Source: Antedon mediterranea
Lineage: Eukaryota > Animalia > Echinodermata
Length of the DNA stretch: 64,000 nucleotides
NCBI RefSeq assembly: GCF_964355755.1
Contig: NC_092674.1
Location: 20,708,001-20,772,000, forward strand
Direction of reading: 5' to 3'
Under the pieces are notes generated by a model. It was not told the origin of the DNA and did no database searches. It saw nothing but the letters and a program-made list of their open reading frames with translations. The position numbers and the translations under genes are program-made. This document shows, piece by piece, positions 25,346 to 39,317 of this stretch (positions within the stretch are counted from its first letter, which is position 1; each line of letters begins with the position of its first letter).

Positions 25346-27904
25346 TGCTGTGTGTTGTTGCATTTGCCACACTTCGACAACAAAGCGTTTTTGTTATGCT
25401 ATAGAGATGTTGGAAATTCCACTCTGACGTCATTAGTTGGCGCTGAGTGTGGACGTTGGGAATTACACTTGGGAAATACGAGCCTCTTAAATCAAAATTG
25501 GATAAGAGTGACATTCGATTCTATGAATTTATGACTTTCGACTGAAAAATAAAAGAACGTTAATTGCTATCGAGGTAGTGTCCGCAGGGTTGGATTGTCA
25601 TCCTAATTATTATTTTTTTATATATATTGTGTTCTATAATCGTCGGATTTAGTGTGATTGGGCCTAACGCGATGACTTCATGTATGTATTAGTAGGCCTA
25701 TGATGATTACTTTTCCTCCATGAATTAATACAGTATGTCAAATCATTTCACAGATAAAGTCACTTAAATGCCAAGAAACCGATGTCTATTATAGATGTTT
25801 GATTTAGCACAAAAAAAATTCTAAAAAATCACAACCATTTTCAAAACGATACTAGGCCTAAATTTAGAGATTGAAGACATGGTGTTCTTAGGATTTATTG
25901 TGTGATTGATAATGCACTTACAAAAATAAATTCAGTCAACAATGTCGTATTGTATTTGTAGGCCTTTCATATTTTATAGGCCTCTATTAAAGTGAAACGT
26001 GATACTGTTTGTAAACCTACATAGTTATACATAACTTTTCATATAGTTTGTACTTAACTTAGCCTTAAAAATGTTTGGTAATTAAACATATAAATCTACA
26101 AATGTTCGTGTCATAACGCCTCGCCTTTGTTGTGTAGTCTACAAATTTGTTTTAGTGTAATATTATAATGTTAACATGGCACACAGTCAAAGAGTGTATA
26201 CTATTGTAATTTGTATTGTACGTTAAAATTGAATATTAATTGATAGGCTCACATTGATATCTTCATAATTTTACTTTAATTATGTTGAAGACGTTTGCTA
26301 GTTATTCGACAGCACAACAAGGGGAACACATAAAGAGAAAGTGCATGCAGGCCTATTGAGCGAAACAACAGTAAGAAATTGTGTTGTTAGTTGAGCAGAA
26401 ATATATAGTTTTAATTTAAAATACTTTATTTTTTTCGGGTCAACCAAATTGTGACTTTTTGTGGTCACCAATCAGAAACTACATAATTATTACCTTAGCC
26501 ACAAGCTCTGCAACTTTTTCTGGCTGTTTTACTTTTTTTTATTTAGCTTTTTGCTTATTTTATTTTGTATCTCTAATGAGACCCAGCCACTAATCCAACA
26601 GCATTGTCATTATTTTCAGTAATTTGCCTTTGGATATATTGTGTATATATATAAATTGCGCACATTCACATAATGTGCATATTTGTGCGCATGTGGATAC
26701 GAAATAATATATATTACTCCTTGCGGAGGGTTGAAACTTTCCGATTGCTCTTGTTTTAGGACTGGTGCGGTCAGGAGAAGATATATTTAACTATAACGGC
26801 AACAGAAAATATCGTTATTTATAAGTACAGATTGGTATAGTTCATAATGATGTCATTGTTTTCACTTAGTTTCTTTTTTCAGGTTTATTCTTTATGCATA
26901 AGCCATAAATTATACATTGGCCTATTATTTTAATACATAGAAAGTGTAGTGTAGTGCAGTTATTTCCGAGACAACCAATTAAACACAGTGTACTTTTATT
27001 CTGTGATTTCCGTATCCCTACATCAAGGTGATCGCCTCACCCGCTCTAAAGCTTGAAGCGAACCCAAATCAATACGCCTACAAGATACTGTATATACCAT
27101 GACATTTTAAAAATCATGTTTGTGTGTACAAATGTACGTACTAGTCGAGTCAAACTGTTTCATTACCCCAAAAAAATTTGCAAGAAAATGTTTTTTGATG
27201 GATTACAATAAAAAATGGTCTCAAAAAACATATATCAAAAGTTTACCAAAGTTAAAAAATTTGACGTTAAAAAAGATGGCCGCCAATTTTTGAAAATCGG
27301 TAACCGCTTGTATAGTAGACAGCTATACTATACTGTACAACGATGCGTTTGATATAATCAAAATGATGGCCTTATGTGAATGGATGACTGTGAATAATTT
27401 GATTATTCATAATCGTTCATTCACATAAAGGCATTATTTTAATCTCATGAAATGTTTATATGGTGCTCGTACAACAATATTGTTCGAGATATTGATGTAA
27501 TATTCACACGAATTTGGTGATATGAAGGTATGATAAAAATATGACCCCACATATTTTGTTTCCTTGTTTCTGTGGGCCCATACTCAATCTATTCAATGTA
27601 CAGATTGCAGATTCTGCTAAAACTACAGAATGTCTGCAAAGTAAAAATTGTGTTATTATAATCCTAGGCCTATATTTAGGTTTGTAATGCCTATCCTACA
27701 ATTACCGTGAACCGGTATTGGTGGAATGCATAATTCCTTGAATTTAATCAAGCTGAACTTTACTCCAAAGTTAGTGAGAACGTATTCGTCTCCTGACTTT
27801 TGTATCTTCAGATATTTATGGTCACTTTGCTTCTTGTACACTTCGAAACAAAAATGTAGTCAATTAAAATTCATTCAATCAATTCTTAATAGGCAGACTT
27901 TTTT

Positions 27905-28040
27905 TTAAAAAATACGTCAACTTGGGTGCGCTAAACTAATCCAAAATATGCGAGTCTAAAAAATACGTCAACTCGAAGGCGATATTAATTTTCCAAAATA
28001 CGTCAACTTGTGGGAACTATTCATTTTCCAAAATACGCGA
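27905..28040 (+). repeat. Short degenerate repeat cluster (AAAATACGTCAACT)
   Basis: Motif at ~27909, 27960, 27995, with related AAAATA(C/T)GCGA between. Confidence 0.6.
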
Positions 28041-28064
28041 ATTGTTAACAATATTTTTATTAAC

Positions 28065-28944
28065 TTTCTTTACCTTCTAAAAATATATTTTAAAGCAATC
28101 AATTCCGCTGTTAAGCAATCACAAAACCCTTCACAGTCAATGAGACCACTTGTATTACAAGTATATGTAACCCCATTTCCATTTAGTCATCAAGTCAACC
28201 TTAAGTAATGCTTTACTGTTTGTTTCCTCTTTGAAATATCAGTAACTTTTGAGAACTTCATCATCTGTATTTTGACTCTTCTAAATCACTAATAGTTAAG
28301 TTAAAATATAACAATGCAATAGTGTTAATTTACATCACTCGGTGATACTGCTACTGATAGATTGTACATGTAATCATTTTTTTTAAACTTTGTTTCCACT
28401 GCTTGTGCGTTAGCAACTTTACTGATATTTACCATTTCTAGCAGTGTTTGGAACGAATGTTCAATAAAACCCAGTATTGTTATAGTCTGCATACCTCGTT
28501 TTGAGTAACATGAGAAAGAATGACTTGACTGGTAATATTGAGATCCAGTGAGTTGTTAATCAGATTATAACTAACCTGAATCGGTGAATCTGTGCATGAG
28601 TAGATAACAATGTCCCGTGTGCAATTTCCGTCCGGCACAGGACATTTTCTGGTTGAATATTCTCAATTTGATCTATTAACCTATAACCTACAGTACTTCA
28701 CCTTAGCTGTTTTTGACAATCTTCGCAACATTCATTTTTTTGAATAGGAATTCCGACTAATTTACTTATTAACATAATTAACATAATGTTTTCAATACAA
28801 GATTAACCACAGCAGTAAACACGTTATGGTTTAGACTAATGGTTACATTGGTCGTTGGTATATAAAAGCAGTATCTCAGTAACAACTGCTGATTCTACGG
28901 AACATATCCGTATACACATCTTCTACGTTGGTAACAACTTTACT
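28065..28944 (-). pseudogene. Copy C: heavily deleted fragment of exon 16
   Basis: Patchwise match to A 1365-1900 (e.g. taaagcaatcaattccgctgttaagcaatca) and then to A 2665-2933, with many deletions. Confidence 0.85.
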
Positions 28945-31900
28945 GTTTTTCTTGTTTTTTAAGTGAATTGAAATTATGTTTACCGTTACTTTTTACAATT
29001 AGGCTATTCATAAAATGATGATGAAGTTCATACTCACTCGACATTGAGTAATATATTGAAAGTCGGAAGGGTTTTGGATTTAAGGGAATCCATTAATAAG
29101 CGTATTAATTATTTGATACCCACTGATTTAATTTACTAAATATTTGAGGAAGCGAATTGTCAAGTCAAAATTATGTCAAGCGTTAGATGTAAGCCATTTG
29201 ATCTGGGCAAGCGGTCTGTTGTTATATTGCCTTGGTAACTCAAATTTTGCGATAGTCAGTTAGACTCTATCTACTGACAACTGCAGAATAGAGTGTCTGA
29301 GACGTCATACTGTTAAATACCGAAATACTAAAAATGTATAATTGTTATTGGAACAATATATGTTGGATACTTCCCGTACACATGACCCCTCCAATTAGAC
29401 TCATTCGTCACATTTACATTTTACTCGGATCCACGTAGCCTACTGAACAGCCTATGTAACTGGATTAATAACTAATTCAGTTAGGCTACCAACAAGTAGA
29501 TTATCTAGTACCGCAATTATTACTAAACAACCAATACACCCGTAACAATTTGGATAATTATTTAGGGCATTTCTCAAAAAATATGGTAGTTGCATTGATT
29601 ACAGATTATTTAATTTGTACAGTTTCAGTCGCTTGCTATTTACAGAGACTACATAACATTAATGTTGTTAGCATTTTAATATTATCAACAAACCAAACAA
29701 TATAGCAATATGAGTCTAGAAATATGACTATTGTCATTATCAAAACAGATATAACATTATATAATACAATGTGTTCAATTCTCGTTCCTAACACAGCATG
29801 TTTGCATCACATTATGAACGTATTATGAAAAACTCTGGAAACAGTCTTGCAACATGGTAATCTAGTCTTCCTGTATTAACCTAAAGATGTGTGGATGAGA
29901 TTTCAATAAGTAATAAAATCTATTTCTACTGTAGCATCGAGAATAACAATTACGTTATAGAAAGCAACTGCAGGCAAGCATACATTGAAAGTTAAAACCC
30001 ATAATAAACCTATCTTAACCTTATGCTACGTTTATTTACAGGAATGTGCTTTTGTTAACAAAAGTTTAGTTGAAAAATAGTTTCTAATTTACGTAGAAAG
30101 TCAAAAAGTGCAGCAACTAGAAGCATCAACAATAGACACACAGTCTATTCGTGATACGTACGTTTTACGTTTTCTATAGTGTAGTCTAACAAATGTGATT
30201 TCTACATTATTTTCAGAAAGTTAAAAAGAAAAACCATTAGGTAAAATCTGTTTTTCCTTCTTCAGGCTGACAAACTGCATGCAGGTTTTCATTTCCACTG
30301 TATGACTCAGGAGGACAGTTCACTAAAGAAGAAACAAAGATATTATGAATAAATGTACAAGGTAAAATACGAATTAGATGGTAAATACTTCTATGACAGT
30401 TTCGTTGTTCCTTACACGAACCGATTCTTCCAAAGATCAACATTATGACAATTTTATAAAAATATTTTAAAATATATATGATAAAAAAAGATAAATTAAC
30501 AGGTGACCATATAACAATTTAAATATTATTTGTTGTAAAACAGACCAACCTGAATTTAGAAAGATTTCAACTCACCACATATGTATCCATCCTCGTGTGC
30601 ATATTGAGTCTTTGGACATATTGGACCATGTAAATCAGCATTAAATACTACCATTTCAACAGGTTCACCTCTGTGATCAAATATTTCACCAGGTTTCAGC
30701 ACGTTTTGAAGTTTAACAACTTTAGCGACGATATTGTCAATTTTGTCTTTCACTTTATACGCTGATTCTTGTCGACTTACATTTACCATATCAATGGATG
30801 TCACGTTGGTACTTGTTATTTCAAATGTTATTTTCCTTAGAAATGATTTACCATTTGGAGTCAACTCCTGATAGTTGAGACGCTCTAGGTCTGGGTCATC
30901 ACTACTAATGACTTTCTCAATAACATCGTTCAAAGTTTCATTTGTTAAATTAGTGGAATCTACTCGGTAAAGTCCTATGGATATTTTGCTGGAGAACTCC
31001 GGCATGGATATGTCAAGAACGTGAAGTCTTGCGGGATTTGAAAGCTTTTTTTTCGTGATTGTTTGATGCTTCACATACATACCATCCATCTTGGTTAAAT
31101 GTTGGGCTTAATATCTCAATAATCGAGCCATTCTGACCTGGGATTAGTTCCATATCTGACGAAGAAGCCTGAAAGTACCATTGATAGTCTGCCAGTGGCC
31201 GAGCGGACGCCTGACAAGTGAAATATGCGCCTTCAATATTACCATGTTCGATTACAGTGTCCTGCGGATGCTCGGTGATCAGTGGTGCAAATTCAATTGT
31301 GACGTCACATTGTAATGATGAAACCTTTGTAACTTTATTGCAAGCCTGACAACTGTAAGTTCCAGAATTAGATGAATTTACTTGGTTTAAATGCAATGAG
31401 TTTGAATTCATTCCACTCAGTATTTGGCCATTAAACTTCCAACTAAATGTTGGTAATGGATTTCCAGTGGCTTGGCACGTCAGATTAATATTCTCTCCTT
31501 CAATGGTAGTTAATTTTGGCTCAGGATGCTGAGTAATGATGGGAGCTTCTAAACATACATCATTATATTCTTTAAGAAAAATAACCTGAGTTAGTAAAAT
31601 CGTCCCACTTGTTTCTACTTCTTCGGAACTTGACAAATTACCATTCAGAAACGTTGATACATATTCATCGAGAGCGATGACATTCTGGTAACTCTCTGTA
31701 CCTTCTGACAAATATTTTAAGGCAATCAATTCCGCTGTTAAGCAGTCATAAATCCCTACGCAGTCAGTGACACCACTTGCATTACGAGTATATTGGTCCA
31801 TAACAGTTTTCCAGTTATTCATCACGTCAACCTCAAGTAATGCTTTGTTGTTTGTTTTCCTCTTTGAAGAATCAATAACCTTCGATAACGCATTTTTTTC

Positions 31901-34900
31901 AACTCCATCACCTGTATTGGAGTCTTCTAAATCACTCATAGTTAAGTTAAAAACTAACAATGCACTCGTGTTTACATCACTCGATGATACTGCTACTGAT
32001 AGATTGTACATGTAATCGTTTTGAAACTTTGTTTCCAATGCTTTTGCATGCACATTAGCAACTTTACTGATATTTACCATTTCTAGCAATGTCTGGAACG
32101 ACTGTTCAATAAAATCCAGTATGCTGGTATAGTCTGTACATCTTTCTTCGTTTTGAATAACGTGTTGATCTCGAGAAAGGCTGTTGTTAATATTGAGATC
32201 CAGTGAGTTGTTTATCAGATTATAACTGACCCTTTGTATCGGGGGCTGTTCAATAATTGCATTTGTGTCACGTCTATTACGATGTCCAAAACGTCTTTGT
32301 GTCATTCCTCTCCTTCTTCTTATTGATCTTGTTACGTCACCAAACAATTCCTCCGTAATGAAAAGTGCAGCATTTTGAATAGTATAATTGAAATTGTTGG
32401 CATCAATTATTACTTGAATCTGTACAGGAGTAGATGACAACGTTATATAACATAAAAATGGAATCATGGAAGTGTCTTCTTCAACTAGATCAATGTTAAA
32501 GTGAAGTTTCTTTAACTCTAAACTTTCTTCAAGTGATCCGTTTATCTGATGTTGTTTTATATTCAGACCTGCTTTAACATCTTTTCGTATTTTCCGCAAT
32601 GCATCTTGAGTATTGTTGAAGTGTTTCTTCAGTATCGTAACCCTGTCTGATACTTCTATTTGCTGGTTCAATGCATCGTCTAAATCGATTAATGCTTCGT
32701 GCAATGCTGCTTCTGAAACAGATGCACGTAAAACAGCATCATCCAACTCTTTAATTGGTATAGTAAGGTTGGTGGTTTCGTTTTTTATTTGATAAAATGC
32801 TCGACTTCGTTGTTTTCGGCAATGTTCATTTTCCCGTACACAATTGGCGTCCGGAACATGTACGCTGCAAGGAACACTTTCTGTTTGAAGCTTCTCAATT
32901 TGACCTATAATTTTATACCTAGCACATGTGCTACACGACTGCAACGTAGCTGTTACTAAAACAGTTGTTTGACATTCTTCACAACATTCACCTTTTGAAT
33001 AGGAATCTCGAGTGCCCTTCTTTATGGAAGTTATAAAAGCTATTGTATCTAGTACTGCGCTAACAAATCTTTTCAATACAAGATTAACCGCAGCAGTAAC
33101 AAGCTTTATAGGGTTTAAACTAAGGGTTTTGACGGGCGTTGGTATATAACAAATATCACAGCAGCCGGTCGTCTCAGTAACAACTGTTGATTCTTCTTTG
33201 TTAATACAACATTCATATGGAACATTTCCATACACATCTTCTACGAAGGTAACAAGTTTACTTCCGGGTAGACATACACCACTACATTCATGTATTTCAC
33301 ATACATTGGCCAGGGCTTCTTCTAATTCTCTTGTGTCATGGCGTGAATCTTCAAATGTTTCGCGTGCTATTTCAACTTCGTTGTTTGCAGCAACCAAACT
33401 TCCCAAAGCGGACTCATGTTTCATGCTAGCTTTAGCAAGATTGTCAATGAGATTGGCTTCTTCCTCCAATGCATCCCGCAATGTTGATGTTGCTATTTCG
33501 AGAGCCTTTGAAGCTTGGCCAATTGTCTTCGTTCGCTGTCGTCAATTGATTTTTGCGATAAAGAGATGATTTTGTTTTTCAGTGTTCTTCCTAATGATAA
33601 TGGACCTTCAACCGTTGCTTCTCCATTTACAGATAGCACCATCGACTCAAATGATGTCATTATTGAAGTAGCGTTACCCATCACATCAAATAAACCCCAA
33701 AGCTTACTAAAAAAACTAAAATAAATCCCGTTCATTTTCAGGTGCATAGTCGTGTATTGTTCAATTCCAAGAAGATTGGTGTTAATCGGTATGCTTCCTA
33801 TCCAATGATTAACGTTGCATGCAAATGCTAATCTCAATATCGATCCAGCTGGAACACGGATGTATTTATTTAGGGTTTGAGTATCAGAGTATTCTCCTGT
33901 CATACATACATTAGGTACAGGTTGATTATCCTGGTGTTGGTCTTTAAAGTTTGTACAATTGTTAAATGAATTTAAGACTTTTACCCCTAATGACGGAAAA
34001 CAGAGATTTTTTGGCAAACATATGCTGAAATAAATGCGAAAACCAGACCCCGATGTCTTTAAATAACCGAAAAGATTCTGAACTTCTACAAGAACTTTGT
34101 TACTAAGATGCTCTATTCCAGCTGTAAAATTTAAAAGATCAGTTTGTAAATTGATTGTACCGGGGTTGTTGGACAGTTTGTCATTAACATTCCAAAGCGT
34201 ATTTATAATAACCTTACATTGTAGACGTAACTCAGCCAGAGACTTAGCAATCTGTTTCAAATATTTTTGAGTTAACGCTTGGAAATACTGATTAATATTG
34301 TAATTTAATTAATTGACTGTAGACAGCAGATTGGAATACAATTCGTCATATTCAACAGTCATTAGTTGTTCACATAACTCTTTCAGTTGAGATGATATGT
34401 TATGAAGATCACTTATAATCTCTGTCATATTGCTAAGATCTGATGGAATGCCAAGCTCCGGTGACAAATCGTAGTCCACAGACACTTCTACAGTAGATTC
34501 AACAGTATTTAGCAGCCAGGAAAAAGGTGTGTCATAAAAAAATTCAAATGATGTAGATGATTCCATTGTTATTCCTCGATCATGAAACAAAGGCCCATCT
34601 ACAAGAAAACCTAATATAAATTTAACTGTTAAATTATATTCATTGTAATCATTAGAATTCTTAAATACAGTATATCACAATGATAATTATTGGCAGGTAA
34701 ATAATAATCTGCTTATTATAAGTTAACAACAACGTCTGTAAATAAAACTCACCACCAACACTGACGTACAAACTCGGCCTACCAGCCTTATTTGAGATGA
34801 AATTCAATACTATGTCTTCACCAAGCATCTTCCAGAATAAGCTAATTTTGGAATTTCCGAATTGTTGCAACGCCCAGCGTTCTATAAATAGATGACTGAA

Positions 34901-37470
34901 TAACTAGAAAATAGATAGATACATACTAAAATGATTTAGGGATAAAAAGTTGTAGGAACATTTAAAGCTACCAATTATTTATGTTTATTGAAACAAGGAC
35001 AATTTAAGAAAAATGACTACCTGTGCTACATTTTCTACAGAAACTTGAACATCTCCACTACCTTCGACTTTAGCAGATACTGTGTTGTTGATGTAGTAGG
35101 AGTATTGCAAATTCATCAAGATGCTGACTTTATCGACTTCATTGTTATAATTAACATTTGGATTATGCATACCATTTTTTGAAAAAGCCAGGAAATTGAC
35201 ATTAACTTCAAAGGAATCATCATATTCTATATTCCTGATGTACTTAGAAATATCTCTTGAACCTTCTGGAAATACCATCATTACTTCTCCAGATGTCATT
35301 GTGCACATACCCACTATAAAACAGTACTTTCCTTTGAACGGTGGTTGTGGCAAAGATACATGTCTGCCTCCAATCATCAATTCTGCTTTCGAGAGTAATA
35401 AGACAGAGTACTGGCCATCACTTACGACGGGTGCAGCTTCACACCACTCTATCGATTTTATTTCAGCTCCAAGAAGACTCAATGCTGAAAAAGATGTTGT
35501 AGCATCCATCGGATCTATGTCAACGGATATAAACGTTATCAAATCTGGGAAGACATTTTCAAGTTGCCGTGTGTAATTGCGATACAAAGAATTATACCGA
35601 ACAAAATATTGAATATCATCTAATGTTATGGCTTTACTTTGGCAGTTGTCATTTTGTAACACTGTTGACATGTTACTTGTGACTATCTGTCCGTGAAGAC
35701 TAAGTGGTAATTCCAACATTCCTGTTGCCAGCGATGTAATTCCTTTGGTCTCAACAGTAAAGTTATTTTTATTTGTCCATTTGTTAGTAGATACATAATA
35801 ATGTCCTGTGCATGTGGAATAATTCGATAGTACAAAACAACCTGATGGTAATCGATGGCCTGGTGTAAACATTGTGTCCACATCGTGTGACATGTTCTTG
35901 AAAACGAATATATTGTCATGGTGTGGTGTAAGAAACGCTGCTGCCTCCCGTCCTCTTAGGACATATGATATTTTCACAAAACCTTGTCTAACTCCACGAA
36001 CTGAACACGTAAGGTTATTTATTTTTTATGAAAACGATAACGTGTCTGGCTCAACATTAATTTTATCAGAATCTGTTTTGATAGTTAGGTCAAGCACTAG
36101 TTTTGGTTTAGCAATAAATTTCAAATCATAAACATCTCCTACCCAAACATCATGCCACTCTGGTGTTGTTACAAACCCTTCTGCGCATGTCTTTCCCGTA
36201 TAACCAGTCCCAGAGCAGTCACATGTATAACCACCCACCGCGTTTTGGGACGTCTGACAAACACCATTTAAACATGGCGATGGAGAACATACCTGGATTT
36301 CTAAAATAAAACAAGGTGTGTTGACATTATTGGTATGATGAATTTCTAATCGTTTCGCACAGGTTGCTGTTCTATCATGTAAACAATAGTTTATAAAAAG
36401 GCAAGTGCCCTCATTGTTATCAGATACACCCGAGTAAGCGTGATTGTGATTTTTGCAAGATTGATTTTATCATCTTGCATTATTTTGAAGTTCGCCATTT
36501 CCGTTTGTCTGTCCGTAGAGATATGTTTCCTTTCAAATTAAGACATCCATTTGTTATGAATATATATAAGAAAATGTTGTTACGTGATGTAATAAATTTG
36601 TTGACTGCATCTTACCAGAACATTTTGGAAAAGTGCTATTCCATTTTCCAGATATTAAACATTTCGTCACAATATTTCCTTCCAAGAAATATCCGGAATC
36701 ACAGCCAAAACTGCACTGACTTTCTACATTATTTTCGCATGGAATTCTGACGTAACCATTTTTAGGCAATGGAACTTCGGAACATAGAATTTCTACAAGA
36801 CACTGTCGAGTTTAACTTTATAATATATACAAAACTAAAATGATTAGTTATAATTTAAGAATAAAAATAATAGAAATATAAATACCTTTACCTTTTAATA
36901 TATTTTAGCCACATACCTTCACAACATAGACATTCTCTAACATCAGATCCCAATAACCGAAAATTCCATTTGCACTCAAAGACACACGTTTCTCCTGTTG
37001 TGAATCCAGTCCATCGATTTCAACACAAGGGCTTGCTGTTAATTAATACATAACAATGTGATATTATTGTATTAAATTAATAGATTTTTTCAATAGATTA
37101 CTAGCTGATGGCAACAATACAAAACCAGGTTCTCAAAATGTATCAATGTTCCAAAAAAAACAATGAAAAAAAAAGAGCTCTCCGGAACAGCATCCCAAAA
37201 CAACAGGCCTATATTAAAATAATATGACATTGATAATGATATGAAAAGGCTGATTTGTTGAAAAGGGAAACCACAAAGGTTAGTAATAATAGTAATAGGT
37301 CAGTAACGAGAGTAATACGTAAGCATTGATTTAGTGAGAGTGGTTACCAATTTTCGAGTGAAGTGTGTTTTAGTAAAGCCTCGTATTATTTGTAGTTATA
37401 AAAAAAACGTATAATACTGACGTTTTTTTCTGGATTGTATATAATTTGCACTTTATGCAAAAACAATTAA

Positions 37471-37806
37471 AAGATAATATTGTCCCCGTGAAACAAAATA
37501 ATTGTTTTAAATATTTTTGTTGAATATGTCATTTCAATATCACATACGAGTATTCACTTTTACCAAAACAAAATTAATTACCTGAAAAAACTGTAATTTA
37601 AAGCAAAAAATAGTAAATTTTACTAAAAGACATTAGGTTTTTGGCTGAATTCAACCGTTTATTTTGTCTTTTTATAAGTGAAAACATTATTTATTTAAGA
37701 TTTTTTTTACGGAAGTGATTAACATTATTAAAACAGCGAATTAACATATTCAACATTTTGATTTTATTAATCTTCATTTTTCATGTTTTTTGGGGACAAT
37801 ACATCT
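37471..37806. mobile_element. Kolobok-like MITE (related pieces at 9290-9500 and 11423-11650)
   Basis: TTAA-AGAT..TATTGTCCCC ... GGGGACAATACATCT-TAA imperfect TIRs next to TTAA-like sites. Confidence 0.5.
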
Positions 37807-39079
37807 TAAAATCACATTCAGTCGTACCTGTGCAGCCTTTCTTATCATAATCAAGTGTCCATCCTTCATGGCAATCACAGCTGAAGCTACCGATTGAGTT
37901 GGAACATTGTTGCGCACATTCGTCTATTCCAACAAAACATTCGTCAATATTTGATATAATAAAAAGACATGCGATTACATTTTGTTTCCATGTATTCTTA
38001 TTATTCAACTAAATACATTTATTTTTTTATTTTTTAGCAGAATGTTAGAAGAATTATCTAAAGTTATAAATAAAATAATTTCAAAAACGTTATACTATAC
38101 TAGTATTTCGTACCTTTACAATTGTATGAATCGTATACTTCATATCCGGCGTTACAAATACACTCAAAACTACCAGGTGAGTTTGTACAATTGTGACAAT
38201 TAGCGTAGGAACATTCATCAATGTCTGGAAAAATACAATGGCAAATAAAGAAATAATCATTATTTATTATGTGGAGACCATTGAGAAAGCCGATTATTAA
38301 CTACAGTCTACACAGTAGTCTTGTGAAAGTTGGTATTTCTGTGTTTTTAATGGCATTAAAATACAGCAATCTTTATCGATTAGTTTCAGATTAATATATT
38401 ATTCACTTCACCTCACTAGATAGCCCAGCCTACCTGGTTGCATTATCATTCGGATATATTTTTTCATTTTTTGTGTTTGCTTTCGACGTAGTCAACGGAA
38501 TTCTTTACACAGGCCTACTTAACCGTTTAAAGAGTGGCCAACAATGATATGTGTATAGTGACGTCGATTGTCAGTATTGGCAATTCACTTCAAACGTATT
38601 GGCAAAGTTGAAACGGCTGTATTTTGTAATTACATTACCTGTGCAGCTATTAGTGCCAGAATATCCATCGTCGCAAGAGCATCTAAATGTGCCATGAAGG
38701 TTTTCACAAAAGTGTTCGCAGTTGCCATTGTTCAATAAGCATTCATTGACATCTATTATTAAAGTAAAATAACAAGATAATTGAAAAAAACAAAATCTCA
38801 ATAATTTTTTGCACACAGGATTCGTTTTTTGTGCCACGTTATGTGACACTGAAACCTATTATCTATTTGTGGTTATTGTTGGGCTGGGAAGGAAATATCA
38901 GTAAAGAGATTAAATACCGAATTGAAAACTTAAAGGTACTGGGTAGAGCGGGGAAATAATTGGTTCGTCTGTGCAAACGCTTGACTCTTTCTACAGCAAT
39001 CGACTTGCCGATGTGTTCCATGCTATATTGGAAGACACCAAGGATTAGCAATAGTAAATGAATTACTGTCCTATAAGAT

Positions 39080-39317
39080 AGGTGGTAAACCCCCTGATAA
39101 AGGGGCTATTTTGAGAACCAGTTCACCGGAGTAACCCCCTACTTTTCTCGAATAATGAACTGGGTTCTTTAAAGTGCACACAGGTTATAACTGTGTACAC
39201 TGGACCTCCAGTTTATAGTCCTTATCCGAGAAGACTTGTTCCGCCACCAGAACTAGGAGCGAGTCGGCCTCGAACACTTGCCGATGTTGTTGGCTCTTTA
39301 GGTACGGTAAACGGCGC
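39080..39317 (-). mobile_element. SINE of the same family as 13045-13341, split by the 39318-48287 insertion (head resumes at 48297-48320)
   Basis: Matches 13050-13310. The continuation ctgccttaaccgctcggcca is found immediately after the right TSD. Confidence 0.8.

Noticed and set aside
27140-27650. Fourth Academ-like element (TAGTCGAG start, AAGATGGCCGCC motif)
   Set aside because: No matching right terminus or TSD found.
30556-36300. Copy B lesions as sequencing errors
   Set aside because: Only the ~31048 frameshift is in a homopolymer. In-frame stops, exon deletions and splice loss are independent.
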